Numbered from the stretch's first letter, positions 47,836 through 54,852 are shown. The stretch: 64,000 bases of DNA from an uncultured virus (IMG/VR IMGVR_UViG_3300033388_001337) (IMGVR_UViG_3300033388_001337); one strand, 5' to 3'. The notes: generated from the sequence alone by a model not told the origin. Translations and numbers: made by a program.

Positions 47836-47857
47836 AATTTGATAGTTTATTGTGATT

Positions 47858-47914
47858 ATTATAAGACACCTAACTAGTAGGTGTTTCGGATTTTAAATCC
47901 TCATCAGTTATAAT
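47858..47914 (-). ncRNA. Hammerhead ribozyme HH-5 (type I)
   Basis: AUUAUAA CUGAUGA GGAU-uuaaa-AUCC GAAA CACCUA-cuagu-UAGGUG UC^UUAUAAU; cut between 47865 and 47864. Confidence 0.95.
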
Positions 47915-47916
47915 GG

Positions 47917-48117
47917 TTAAGCATTGTTAATCGTACCCTCATAAGAGGTTAGATTATTAGATTCCATCTCTAGTATTGTTAGCTTTGCAACCCTGATACA
48001 CATTGAATATTCTGCTGGAGATATTGCTGTGTTATTGTCAAACATTTTATTAGCTACATTCATAGCTATTTTCATATCGTTTTCAGGCTCAATACTAATA
48101 GTTTTTACTGTACTCAT
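47917..48117 (-). CDS. Hypothetical early protein
   Basis: 66 aa, flanked by HH-6 and HH-5. Confidence 0.7.
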   Translation of the reverse strand: MSTVKTISIEPENDMKIAMNVANKMFDNNTAISPAEYSMCIRVAKLTILEMESNNLTSYEGTINNA

Positions 48118-48136
48118 AATTGATAGTTTTTATTGT

Positions 48137-48243
48137 GATTAATGACTATCACTTCTCGCACACATCCACCACTCTTTCAGGTGTTCGCAACGTATTTCGT
48201 GATAGTTTCGTAGGTGTTTAAACCTTTACTCATCAGATTAATC
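48137..48243 (-). ncRNA. Hammerhead ribozyme HH-6 (type I, extended stem II and large loop III)
   Basis: GAUUAAU CUGAUGA GUA-aa-GGU-uuaaac-ACC-UAC GAAA CUAUCAC-(46 nt)-GUGAUAG UC^AUUAAUC; cut between 48144 and 48143. Confidence 0.9.
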
Positions 48244-48311
48244 TTGATTAGATGAACACAACCTCGAACTCATTCGAGATGTCTTCAAGAGCAATTTCAT
48301 AGCTTTCCATA

Positions 48312-48608
48312 TTAGTAAATGTATTTGTGATTAATAATGTATTTATTTAGTTTTTCTTTATTAGCAGAATCTAGCATCATATAGAACTCATAGAAACAAG
48401 CAGTTCCAAATCTAAATGGCAGTTCTCCGTGATATTGTTTTTTGTATTTGGATACCAAGCCTTCAAACTTCCCTATCAAATGATATAAAAGTGTTGGCTC
48501 ATCTCCCCATACATTTTCAAGAAAAGATGCCTCATAATTGTTAGCATAAACATTAAATTTTACAATGCAGTTACTAGCATTTGCAGTAGCTTCATAATTA
48601 GTTTTCAT
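48312..48608 (-). CDS. Hypothetical early protein (first gene of the leftward operon)
   Basis: 98 aa, directly downstream of the leftward promoters. Confidence 0.7.
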   Translation of the reverse strand: MKTNYEATANASNCIVKFNVYANNYEASFLENVWGDEPTLLYHLIGKFEGLVSKYKKQYHGELPFRFGTACFYEFYMMLDSANKEKLNKYIINHKYIY

Positions 48609-48621
48609 AATAATAAATTTG

Positions 48622-48639
48622 TGTGATTAATGACTATCA
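48622..48639 (-). repeat. 18-nt exact copy of the HH-6 substrate strand
   Basis: tgtgattaatgactatca at 48622-48639 is identical to 48134-48151. Confidence 0.9.
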
Positions 48640-48762
48640 AAACAAGTATTACTAGCACTGCATTCATCTTGAGATTATAGTGGTATGCGAGGTAGCCCAC
48701 TTGTAGTTCATAACGCTACGTAATTTTTATGCAGTAATACTCGGTATGTCAAAGAACAGGTG

Positions 48763-48770
48763 CAAATATA
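48763..48770 (-). promoter_or_regulatory. Leftward early promoter, -7 element TATATTTG
   Basis: TAnnTTTG on the - strand upstream of the ribozyme-punctuated operon. Confidence 0.65.
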
Positions 48771-48944
48771 GTATATGTATAGCATAATTCTATAATAACT
48801 TACTGACAATTTGTCTACTTTCTTCTGCATATTTGTCACACATTTAACGTTTTCTTTATCAACAAGTTACGCAACACTATTGCAATATATATTGTTTAGC
48901 AATATTAGGTATCGTACAGGCACTATCCCTTTGCTATTGATGTG

Positions 48945-48952
48945 CAAAGGTA
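48945..48952 (-). promoter_or_regulatory. Second leftward promoter, -7 element TACCTTTG
   Basis: TAnnTTTG on the - strand in the divergent non-coding region. Confidence 0.5.
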
Positions 48953-49186
48953 CTTTATAAATTAAAGTTCGTTAAACGTAAGCTATGAGAGTGTACGAGG
49001 GACAGGTATTTTGGGGTATGGCTAAAATAAAAAACCCAAAAAAATGCAGAAAAAAATTTCAGAATCTAGATTCGAGCTGAAAAAAATATGACTTTCGATT
49101 GTAGGGGGTGCAACGTGAGACGACATATAACCCTCAACCTCTAAATATCTAATATTTTTTTATTACCTTTACAAAAAAGAAAAACT

Positions 49187-49366
49187 ATGGATGGACTAAT
49201 TATAAAAAACGGAAGACTAATCAATGAGAGACGACCAGGCGAATCAGGTATCGCTATGGCAGCACGATTAAAGCGTGCAGTAAAAAACGATCGTAAAATA
49301 AATCAGATAGCAGAAGCTATTGAACTTGCAGAAAATAAAAAGAACTTTAGACAACTAGAATTTTAA
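49187..49366 (+). CDS. Small hypothetical protein (59 aa, not in track)
   Basis: MDGLIIKNGRLINERRPGESGIAMAARLKRAVKNDRK...; followed by a terminator. Confidence 0.65.
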   Translation: MDGLIIKNGRLINERRPGESGIAMAARLKRAVKNDRKINQIAEAIELAENKKNFRQLEF

Positions 49367-49398
49367 GTTTCCCATTTGTGTGTTTTGATTAGTAGTGA

Positions 49399-49432
49399 GA
49401 AGAGTATCTATTCAGGTACTCTTTTCTTTTTT
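49399..49432 (+). terminator. Intrinsic terminator
   Basis: AAGAGTA...TACTCTT stem followed by TTCTTTTTT. Confidence 0.65.
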
Positions 49433-49616
49433 AACATACTATGTTGATTTTATGTTAATTTTAATTTTACTTAAGTTATTGAAAATAATATATTTAAATA
49501 CTATTTATGTTAATATGTTAAAAATTATATATAAAAAAATAATTTAAAAAAAATATATAGCAAGCTCTTTTACTAAGACTGATAAAATATTTATAAAAAA
49601 TCAACATATCAACATA
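49431..49616. repeat. AT-rich region with seven TATGTTRA boxes (candidate replication origin)
   Basis: Direct copies at 49440, 49451, 49506, 49514; inverted copies at 49431, 49601, 49609. Confidence 0.7.
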
Positions 49617-49636
49617 TTAGAATTCAATAAAAGTTT

Positions 49637-49644
49637 TATATTTG
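49637..49644 (+). promoter_or_regulatory. Bacteroidota-type -7 promoter element (TATATTTG)
   Basis: TAnnTTTG upstream of groEL. Confidence 0.65.
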
Positions 49645-49667
49645 TATAAAATCAAATACATTTAAAT

Positions 49668-51278
49668 ATGCAAACAGACTCGGGATACATTCCTAAAAAC
49701 CTAGACTTCGGTCAAGACGGTAGACAAAAACTTATAAACGGAATCACTGCAATCTCTAAAGCAGTTAAGAGTACACTAGGCCCACGAGGCAGAACAGTAC
49801 TAATAGAATCACCACAACATACTAACGGAATAACGGTAACTAAAGACGGGGTTACAGTCGCAAGGTCAGTTGCTTTACTTGATCCAGTTGAAAACTTAGC
49901 AATACAAATGATGCAGGAAGCTGCGAGTCGTACTGCTACTTCGGCTGGTGATGGTACAACTACCGCTATTGTTTTAACTGAAGCTTTAGTAAAAGCTGGT
50001 CAAGAACACATAACACCTGAAAATAATATAACTGAAGTTTTAAAACATATTAATAGAATATGTAACGAAACTATTCTTAAGTTGAAAATGAAAACCAAGA
50101 AAGTAACTAAATCTAAATTAGATGCAGTTGCTTCAATCTCTGCAAACAATGATAAAGAGTTAGGAAAGATTATAGCTGATGCATATAAGAAAGTAGGTGC
50201 AGACGGAATAGTAACTGTAGAAAAATCTATGACAGCCGAAACATATGCTGAGGTTACTAACGGTATTAAAGTAGATAGAGGTTATACTTCACCACTCTTT
50301 ATTAATAATCAAAAGAAAGATGAGTGTATATTAGAAGGAGTTAGGATTTTAGTTTGTGATCAGGAGATTACTAATGTATTGCAAATCGAGAATATATTAA
50401 AACCAATAATTAATAAAGGCGATAAACTTTTAATTATAGCTGAGTGTAATTCAAATGTTGTAAACACACTTGCTGCCAATGTAGTTCGTAATGGTTTAAA
50501 GTTCTGTAATATCATGCCTCCATCATTTGGATATAAAACCCACGAGCTGATGCAGGATATTGCTTTATCAGTTGGTGCAAAATACTTTTCTGAAAAGACA
50601 GGTGATGATTTATCACTGATGCAGTTTTCAGATTTAGGTTATGCAGATAAAATTATTGTAGGAAAAGAAAGTACTGTCTTAATTAAAAACCAAGATATGA
50701 CTGAAGAGATTAAAGAAAGAATCAGTCAACTTAAAGTACAACAAGAAAACACTACACATTTAGGAGATAGAAAGTTTATCAATGAACGTATTGCTAGTTT
50801 AGCAGGTTCTATTGGTTGTATTTATGTAGGAGGTAACAGTGATGTAGAGCAAAAAGAAAAATTTGACCGAGTCGATGACTCGGTGTGCGCTGTGCGCAGT
50901 GCCTTACAAGAAGGCATATTACCAGGCGGAGGAATAGCTTTACGTAAATTAACTCCCCTTGTATATGCAACAGGAGATAAAGATAAGGCTACAGCTGAAC
51001 TTATAATGGCTACAGCTCTTAGCGCACCATTTAATCATATACTTACTAATGCAGGAATCAATATAGAATCTATAGCTGATAAACTTGTAAGCTCAGACTT
51101 TGCTTTTGGTTATGATGTAAAGAATGAAAAGTTTGGTGATATGTTCCAGTTAGGAGTTATTGATCCATTAAAGGTTACTAAGAATGCTTTGATTAATGCA
51201 GTATCTGTAGCAACAACTATATTAAGTACTAACGCTATTATTACACATAAAAGATTAAATGAAGAAAAGGAAGCTTAA
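49668..51278 (+). CDS. groEL: Chaperonin GroEL (phage-encoded)
   Basis: 'AVKSTLGPRGR', 'VTKDGVTVA', 'AGDGTTTA', 'GILPGGG', 'GVIDPLKVTKNAL'. Confidence 0.97.
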   Translation: MQTDSGYIPKNLDFGQDGRQKLINGITAISKAVKSTLGPRGRTVLIESPQHTNGITVTKDGVTVARSVALLDPVENLAIQMMQEAASRTATSAGDGTTTAIVLTEALVKAGQEHITPENNITEVLKHINRICNETILKLKMKTKKVTKSKLDAVASISANNDKELGKIIADAYKKVGADGIVTVEKSMTAETYAEVTNGIKVDRGYTSPLFINNQKKDECILEGVRILVCDQEITNVLQIENILKPIINKGDKLLIIAECNSNVVNTLAANVVRNGLKFCNIMPPSFGYKTHELMQDIALSVGAKYFSEKTGDDLSLMQFSDLGYADKIIVGKESTVLIKNQDMTEEIKERISQLKVQQENTTHLGDRKFINERIASLAGSIGCIYVGGNSDVEQKEKFDRVDDSVCAVRSALQEGILPGGGIALRKLTPLVYATGDKDKATAELIMATALSAPFNHILTNAGINIESIADKLVSSDFAFGYDVKNEKFGDMFQLGVIDPLKVTKNALINAVSVATTILSTNAIITHKRLNEEKEA

Positions 51279-51402
51279 TTCAAAGAACCCTAAATACTAT
51301 CCTGTAAAAGAAGAGGAAGTAAAAGAAACTAAAAAATTAATACGCTCCATACCAATGGGCAAAAAAAGAAGCGTAAAAGTATACGCTGTATTTAAACATT
51401 AA
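51259..51402 (+). CDS. Small basic protein (47 aa, not in track)
   Basis: MKKRKLNSKNPKYYPVKEEEVKETKKLIRSIPMGKKRSVKVYAVFKH. Confidence 0.45.
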   Translation: MKKRKLNSKNPKYYPVKEEEVKETKKLIRSIPMGKKRSVKVYAVFKH

Positions 51403-51412
51403 ATTTAATATT

Positions 51413-51616
51413 ATGCACCCAATTAACAATCAAATCTTCGATTCATATAGATTAGAAGTAAAAAAAATTCATGACGCTATTCGTTTATTAGCAACACAAG
51501 GATATACTGTGATAGACTTAGAAGGTCAAGTTATTACAAAATGGAATATTGGAAAAGACAATTACCCTAATATAACTTACAACAGAACCCCAAAACAATT
51601 AGAATATAACGACTAA
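51413..51616 (+). CDS. Hypothetical protein
   Basis: 67 aa, coupled to groES. Confidence 0.6.
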   Translation: MHPINNQIFDSYRLEVKKIHDAIRLLATQGYTVIDLEGQVITKWNIGKDNYPNITYNRTPKQLEYND

Positions 51617-51873
51617 TGCAACCAATAGGAAAATATATAGCAGTAAAACCTATAGAAGAAGAAATAAAAACTGATTCAGGATTATTGTTATCTTCAAAAG
51701 AAGCGCAAGACTTTAGATATAAAAAGGGATCAGTAATAAAACCTGGCAGTGATGTGACGGTTATAAAAGCTGATGATGTTATATACTACGACAAAAATGC
51801 TGGACACTCTATGCTTTTAGATAATGAGTCGATGACTATTATTCAAGAGAGAGATGTGGTTGTAGTCTTATAA
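51616..51873 (+). CDS. groES: Co-chaperonin GroES
   Basis: 'MQPIGKYIAVKP', mobile loop 'KTDSGLLL', 'IIQERDVV'. Confidence 0.9.
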   Translation: MQPIGKYIAVKPIEEEIKTDSGLLLSSKEAQDFRYKKGSVIKPGSDVTVIKADDVIYYDKNAGHSMLLDNESMTIIQERDVVVVL

Positions 51874-51883
51874 ATAAATTTAA

Positions 51884-51891
51884 TATCTTTG
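51884..51891 (+). promoter_or_regulatory. Bacteroidota-type -7 promoter element (TATCTTTG)
   Basis: TAnnTTTG just before ORF 51896. Confidence 0.5.
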
Positions 51892-51895
51892 TAAG

Positions 51896-52423
51896 ATGCC
51901 TACAAAGAAAAAACCTAAAACTAAAGTCACCCGTGGTAAAGTAACACGTAGACAAGCTAGACGCTCTAGAGGTAAAGAGGTCGTTCTTCCAGATACCAGA
52001 ACAAAAGCTCAAAAAGAAAAAGATGCTAAAAGAGTAGCCGCTAAAACTAAAGTGTCTACTACATCTACTAACTACCGAGTTACTAGAGCTAAAAGCAAGA
52101 AAGGCAAAACTAAAGTTAGATCAGGAGCGCAGTTCAGAACTAAAAGCAATCAAGAGAATAAATACATGAGGTCTAAATCCTCGGGTACTACAACTACTAC
52201 TACTAGAGGTAAACAAACATATCGTAAAAAATATTTCCGAAGAGATAAAGAAACAGGAAAAGAAATAGCAACGAGAACTAGAACAAACAAAAGAGGAACA
52301 ACTAGATATACAACTGTAACAGGCCCTAAAGCTTATAAGAAGTATTCAAAGTGGGAAAACAAAGACAATAAGAAAGCAGCAAGACAAGTAAAAAGAATTA
52401 AAAGAAGAACTAGAAAGACTTAA
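51896..52423 (+). CDS. Highly basic Lys/Arg/Thr-rich protein
   Basis: 175 aa with extreme K/R content. Confidence 0.7.
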   Translation: MPTKKKPKTKVTRGKVTRRQARRSRGKEVVLPDTRTKAQKEKDAKRVAAKTKVSTTSTNYRVTRAKSKKGKTKVRSGAQFRTKSNQENKYMRSKSSGTTTTTTRGKQTYRKKYFRRDKETGKEIATRTRTNKRGTTRYTTVTGPKAYKKYSKWENKDNKKAARQVKRIKRRTRKT

Positions 52424-52856
52424 TCTCTTCGTTTAATTTTTTAATATAGTTCCTATAAACCTTATCCATATACGAAGCATCACTCTTAAATAAAGGATTA
52501 GTTCTATGATCCTCACCAAACTCTTCACCGTTTAACTTCTTGTATATGGTATTAACTAATCGTTTACCTTTATACGTTAGTTCGTATAAAGTGGTCTCCT
52601 TAGCCCTACCTTTTCTCCATACATGTATCCATCCATCTCTAAGCAACTTATCAAACCTATTAACATCCCATGACATTAATTCTTCAAACTCATTAAACTT
52701 TGTCTTATTAAAAACATCTTCACTGTAAAGAAACAGCATCATGTCAATATCAGGAGTTCCAATATTATACTTGGCTTTAACCCAGTACTTTACAACTCTC
52801 CAATATTTTAAATAATCGTGAGTAGGTACTTTTCTGTCGTAATTTGGTCTTCTCAA
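52410..52856 (-). CDS. Winged-helix (MarR-like) DNA-binding protein
   Basis: 'FDKLLRDGWIHVWR...LYELTYKGKRLV' wing motif; lone antisense gene in a + strand block. Confidence 0.65.
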   Translation of the reverse strand: MRRPNYDRKVPTHDYLKYWRVVKYWVKAKYNIGTPDIDMMLFLYSEDVFNKTKFNEFEELMSWDVNRFDKLLRDGWIHVWRKGRAKETTLYELTYKGKRLVNTIYKKLNGEEFGEDHRTNPLFKSDASYMDKVYRNYIKKLNEEIKSF

Positions 52857-52875
52857 AAGTATTTAATTAAATTGT

Positions 52876-52883
52876 TATCTTTG
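52876..52883 (+). promoter_or_regulatory. Bacteroidota-type -7 promoter element (TATCTTTG)
   Basis: TAnnTTTG in the divergent gap 52857-52907. Confidence 0.6.
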
Positions 52884-52907
52884 TGTAAATATAAAAATAA
52901 AAAAGCC

Positions 52908-53402
52908 ATGCCCGTAAAAAAACTAGTAAAGAAAATAAAATCAGCTGTAGCAAGAAGAAGAAGACCTGGAGTAGTCTCTAAGGTTAAAAAAGTTGTTAAA
53001 ACAAAAGACGGAGGTTCTAAACTTAAAACAACCAGATCTACAGGAGTTACAAATAGTACAAGAAGCAAATACCGTACTTCCAATATGGGAACTAGAGGTG
53101 TTGACGCAACACGTAAGCCAAAAGCAACTGTAACAAAAGATGGTAGGAGAGGAAACGTAAGAAAGAAAACTGTTTCTATGAACACCTCGAGACCAGGGTT
53201 AAAGAAAAAAGACCTTGTTGGAAAAATTACTAAAACAAAAGAAAATATAAGAACAGGTAAAAAGAAAACTACAACTAAAAATGTTTCTTATAAAAAAGCT
53301 AGAAGAGTTCTAAAAAGAATGAATAAAAAAACCAACAGGATGATTAAGACTGCTGAAAGAAAAGGTAGAAGACAAAAAAGAAGATTAGAACTTAAAAAGT
53401 AA
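52908..53402 (+). CDS. Highly basic Lys/Arg-rich protein
   Basis: Likely start at ATG 52908 (MPVKKLVKKIKSAVARRRR...). Confidence 0.7.
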   Translation: MPVKKLVKKIKSAVARRRRPGVVSKVKKVVKTKDGGSKLKTTRSTGVTNSTRSKYRTSNMGTRGVDATRKPKATVTKDGRRGNVRKKTVSMNTSRPGLKKKDLVGKITKTKENIRTGKKKTTTKNVSYKKARRVLKRMNKKTNRMIKTAERKGRRQKRRLELKK

Positions 53403-53407
53403 AAATT

Positions 53408-53572
53408 ATGCCAACAGTAAAATATAAATGTGGAGACACAGGTAAAATGAAAAAGAAGCAATTTCCTTACAATGCAGTAGGGAAAGCTCAAGCAGCTGAA
53501 TTTGCTAAGACTATGAAAGGATCAATTAAAAACAATCCAGGCTACGGCATGGAGAAAAAAATGGGATACTAA
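53408..53572 (+). CDS. Small basic protein (54 aa, not in track)
   Basis: MPTVKYKCGDTGKMKKKQFPYNAVGKAQAAEFAK... Confidence 0.6.
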   Translation: MPTVKYKCGDTGKMKKKQFPYNAVGKAQAAEFAKTMKGSIKNNPGYGMEKKMGY

Positions 53573-53763
53573 TGCCAGGTCATACAAAGAAGAAAAAAGC
53601 AATAGCAAGAAAGAAAAAAGCAATAGGTGTTGCTAAAGATATGTTAACGGGCAAGAGAAAAAAACCTCTTCTTGTTTCTAAAAACAAAATCAAAAGAGAC
53701 ATTAAAAGAAAAACTAAGGCTATTGCAAGAAAAACAAGAAAACTTAGTTCAAAAAAGAGATAA
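53572..53763 (+). CDS. Small basic protein
   Basis: 63 aa, K/R-rich, coupled. Confidence 0.65.
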   Translation: MPGHTKKKKAIARKKKAIGVAKDMLTGKRKKPLLVSKNKIKRDIKRKTKAIARKTRKLSSKKR

Positions 53764-53773
53764 AATAAATTTT

Positions 53774-53781
53774 TATCTTTG
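53774..53781 (+). promoter_or_regulatory. Bacteroidota-type -7 promoter element (TATCTTTG)
   Basis: TAnnTTTG, intergenic. Confidence 0.6.
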
Positions 53782-53813
53782 TTAATTAATTACTAACTAA
53801 TAAATTTTTAAAA

Positions 53814-54014
53814 ATGAAAAAGCAAGGTTATAACGCTAGACTTGATGAGTCACTAGGCGGAAGACATAAAGGAAAACATTCTCAGTCTATGAAAGACAGA
53901 AGAGATGAAAGTAAAGCTATGTCTAAAAAAATGTATGGTCACTCTTACGGAGCTGACAAAGGTATGTCTTACAGACATGTAGCGTCTTGGAAAACTCACG
54001 ATCACCTAAAGTAA
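53814..54014 (+). CDS. Small basic protein
   Basis: 66 aa; 'KQGYNARLDESLG...QSMKDRRDESKAM'. Confidence 0.7.
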   Translation: MKKQGYNARLDESLGGRHKGKHSQSMKDRRDESKAMSKKMYGHSYGADKGMSYRHVASWKTHDHLK

Positions 54015-54214
54015 TGGCTGGTCGTACCAAAAAGGAAAAGTTTCCTGAGATAAAAAAGTCTAGACAAGGAGCATTTACGTCTTGGGCTAAGAAAAACGGA
54101 TTCAAAGATGCGTGCAGTGCCGCTTCTGCTGTAATGAAGAACACAAAAAAGTATTCTGAAAAGGTAGTAAAGATGGCAAACTATGCAAACAACTTTGGAT
54201 GCAAAATGAAATAG
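54014..54214 (+). CDS. Small basic protein
   Basis: Start at ATG 54014 (MAGRTKKEKF...GAFTSWAKKNG...VKMANYANNF). Confidence 0.7.
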   Translation: MAGRTKKEKFPEIKKSRQGAFTSWAKKNGFKDACSAASAVMKNTKKYSEKVVKMANYANNFGCKMK

Positions 54215-54231
54215 TAATTTAATATAATTTT

Positions 54232-54504
54232 ATGGCAAAAAAGAAAGTAACAACTAAGAAAAAGGCTGTTGAATCTAAAAAATCAGTAAAAAAAGCTGTA
54301 GCCAAACCAGAAAAAGTAGCTGAGGTTAAAGTAGAAGACAAAAAAGAAATACCTACAGAGGTAGTTATAGAAAAAAAGGTTTGTTTTGTACCATACAACC
54401 CGCCAAAACGACTCTGGTCGGACACTAGAACGCATATAAACCCTGATGATTTTAGAAATACTGAAAATGACGACAATCCTTTTCTACCAAAAGAAAAAAA
54501 ATAG
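54232..54504 (+). CDS. Lys-rich hypothetical protein
   Basis: 90 aa. Confidence 0.65.
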   Translation: MAKKKVTTKKKAVESKKSVKKAVAKPEKVAEVKVEDKKEIPTEVVIEKKVCFVPYNPPKRLWSDTRTHINPDDFRNTENDDNPFLPKEKK

Positions 54505-54507
54505 AAC

Positions 54508-54645
54508 ATGGGGAAATTATTAGTAAAATTAGGACTGAAATTACAGGAATTATGGTGCAAATTCCAATGCGCATGGAACTGGCTGTTAAGTAAAGCGTTG
54601 TTCAGCGTAGCAAAATGTCCTAATAAAGCATGCACCTGTAAATAA
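54508..54645 (+). CDS. Small Cys-rich protein (45 aa, not in track)
   Basis: MGKLLVKLGLKLQELWCKFQCAWNWLLSKALFSVAKCPNKACTCK. Confidence 0.55.
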   Translation: MGKLLVKLGLKLQELWCKFQCAWNWLLSKALFSVAKCPNKACTCK

Positions 54646-54649
54646 TAAA

Positions 54650-54820
54650 ATGAAAAGAACTAAAGTAAAATCAATAGGCTTAGGTGATACAGTAGAAAAG
54701 GTTGCAAAAGCAATCGGTGCTGATAAAGTTGCTAAAGTTTATGAAAAAGTCACAGGTAATGACTGTGGTTGTGGAAAAAGACGTGATACATTAAACCGAG
54801 TTTTTCCATATGATAGATAA
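54650..54820 (+). CDS. Small protein with DCGC motif (56 aa, not in track)
   Basis: 'SIGLGDTVEKVAK...DCGCGKRRDTLNRVFPY'. Confidence 0.65.
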   Translation: MKRTKVKSIGLGDTVEKVAKAIGADKVAKVYEKVTGNDCGCGKRRDTLNRVFPYDR

Positions 54821-54852
54821 AAGAGAATTTTTAACCCTCTAAAAATAAAAAA

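Noticed and set aside
44989..48243. Dispersed repeats read as a CRISPR array, integron attC sites or terminators
   Set aside because: The spacers are whole genes of 200-900 nt, and I found no cas or integrase gene. The invariant positions are exactly the hammerhead catalytic core, and there are no U-tails on the sense strand.
48244..48300. tRNA or additional ribozyme upstream of HH-6
   Set aside because: Only a simple hairpin (CTCGAA/TTCGAG) is visible, with no cloverleaf or known ribozyme core.
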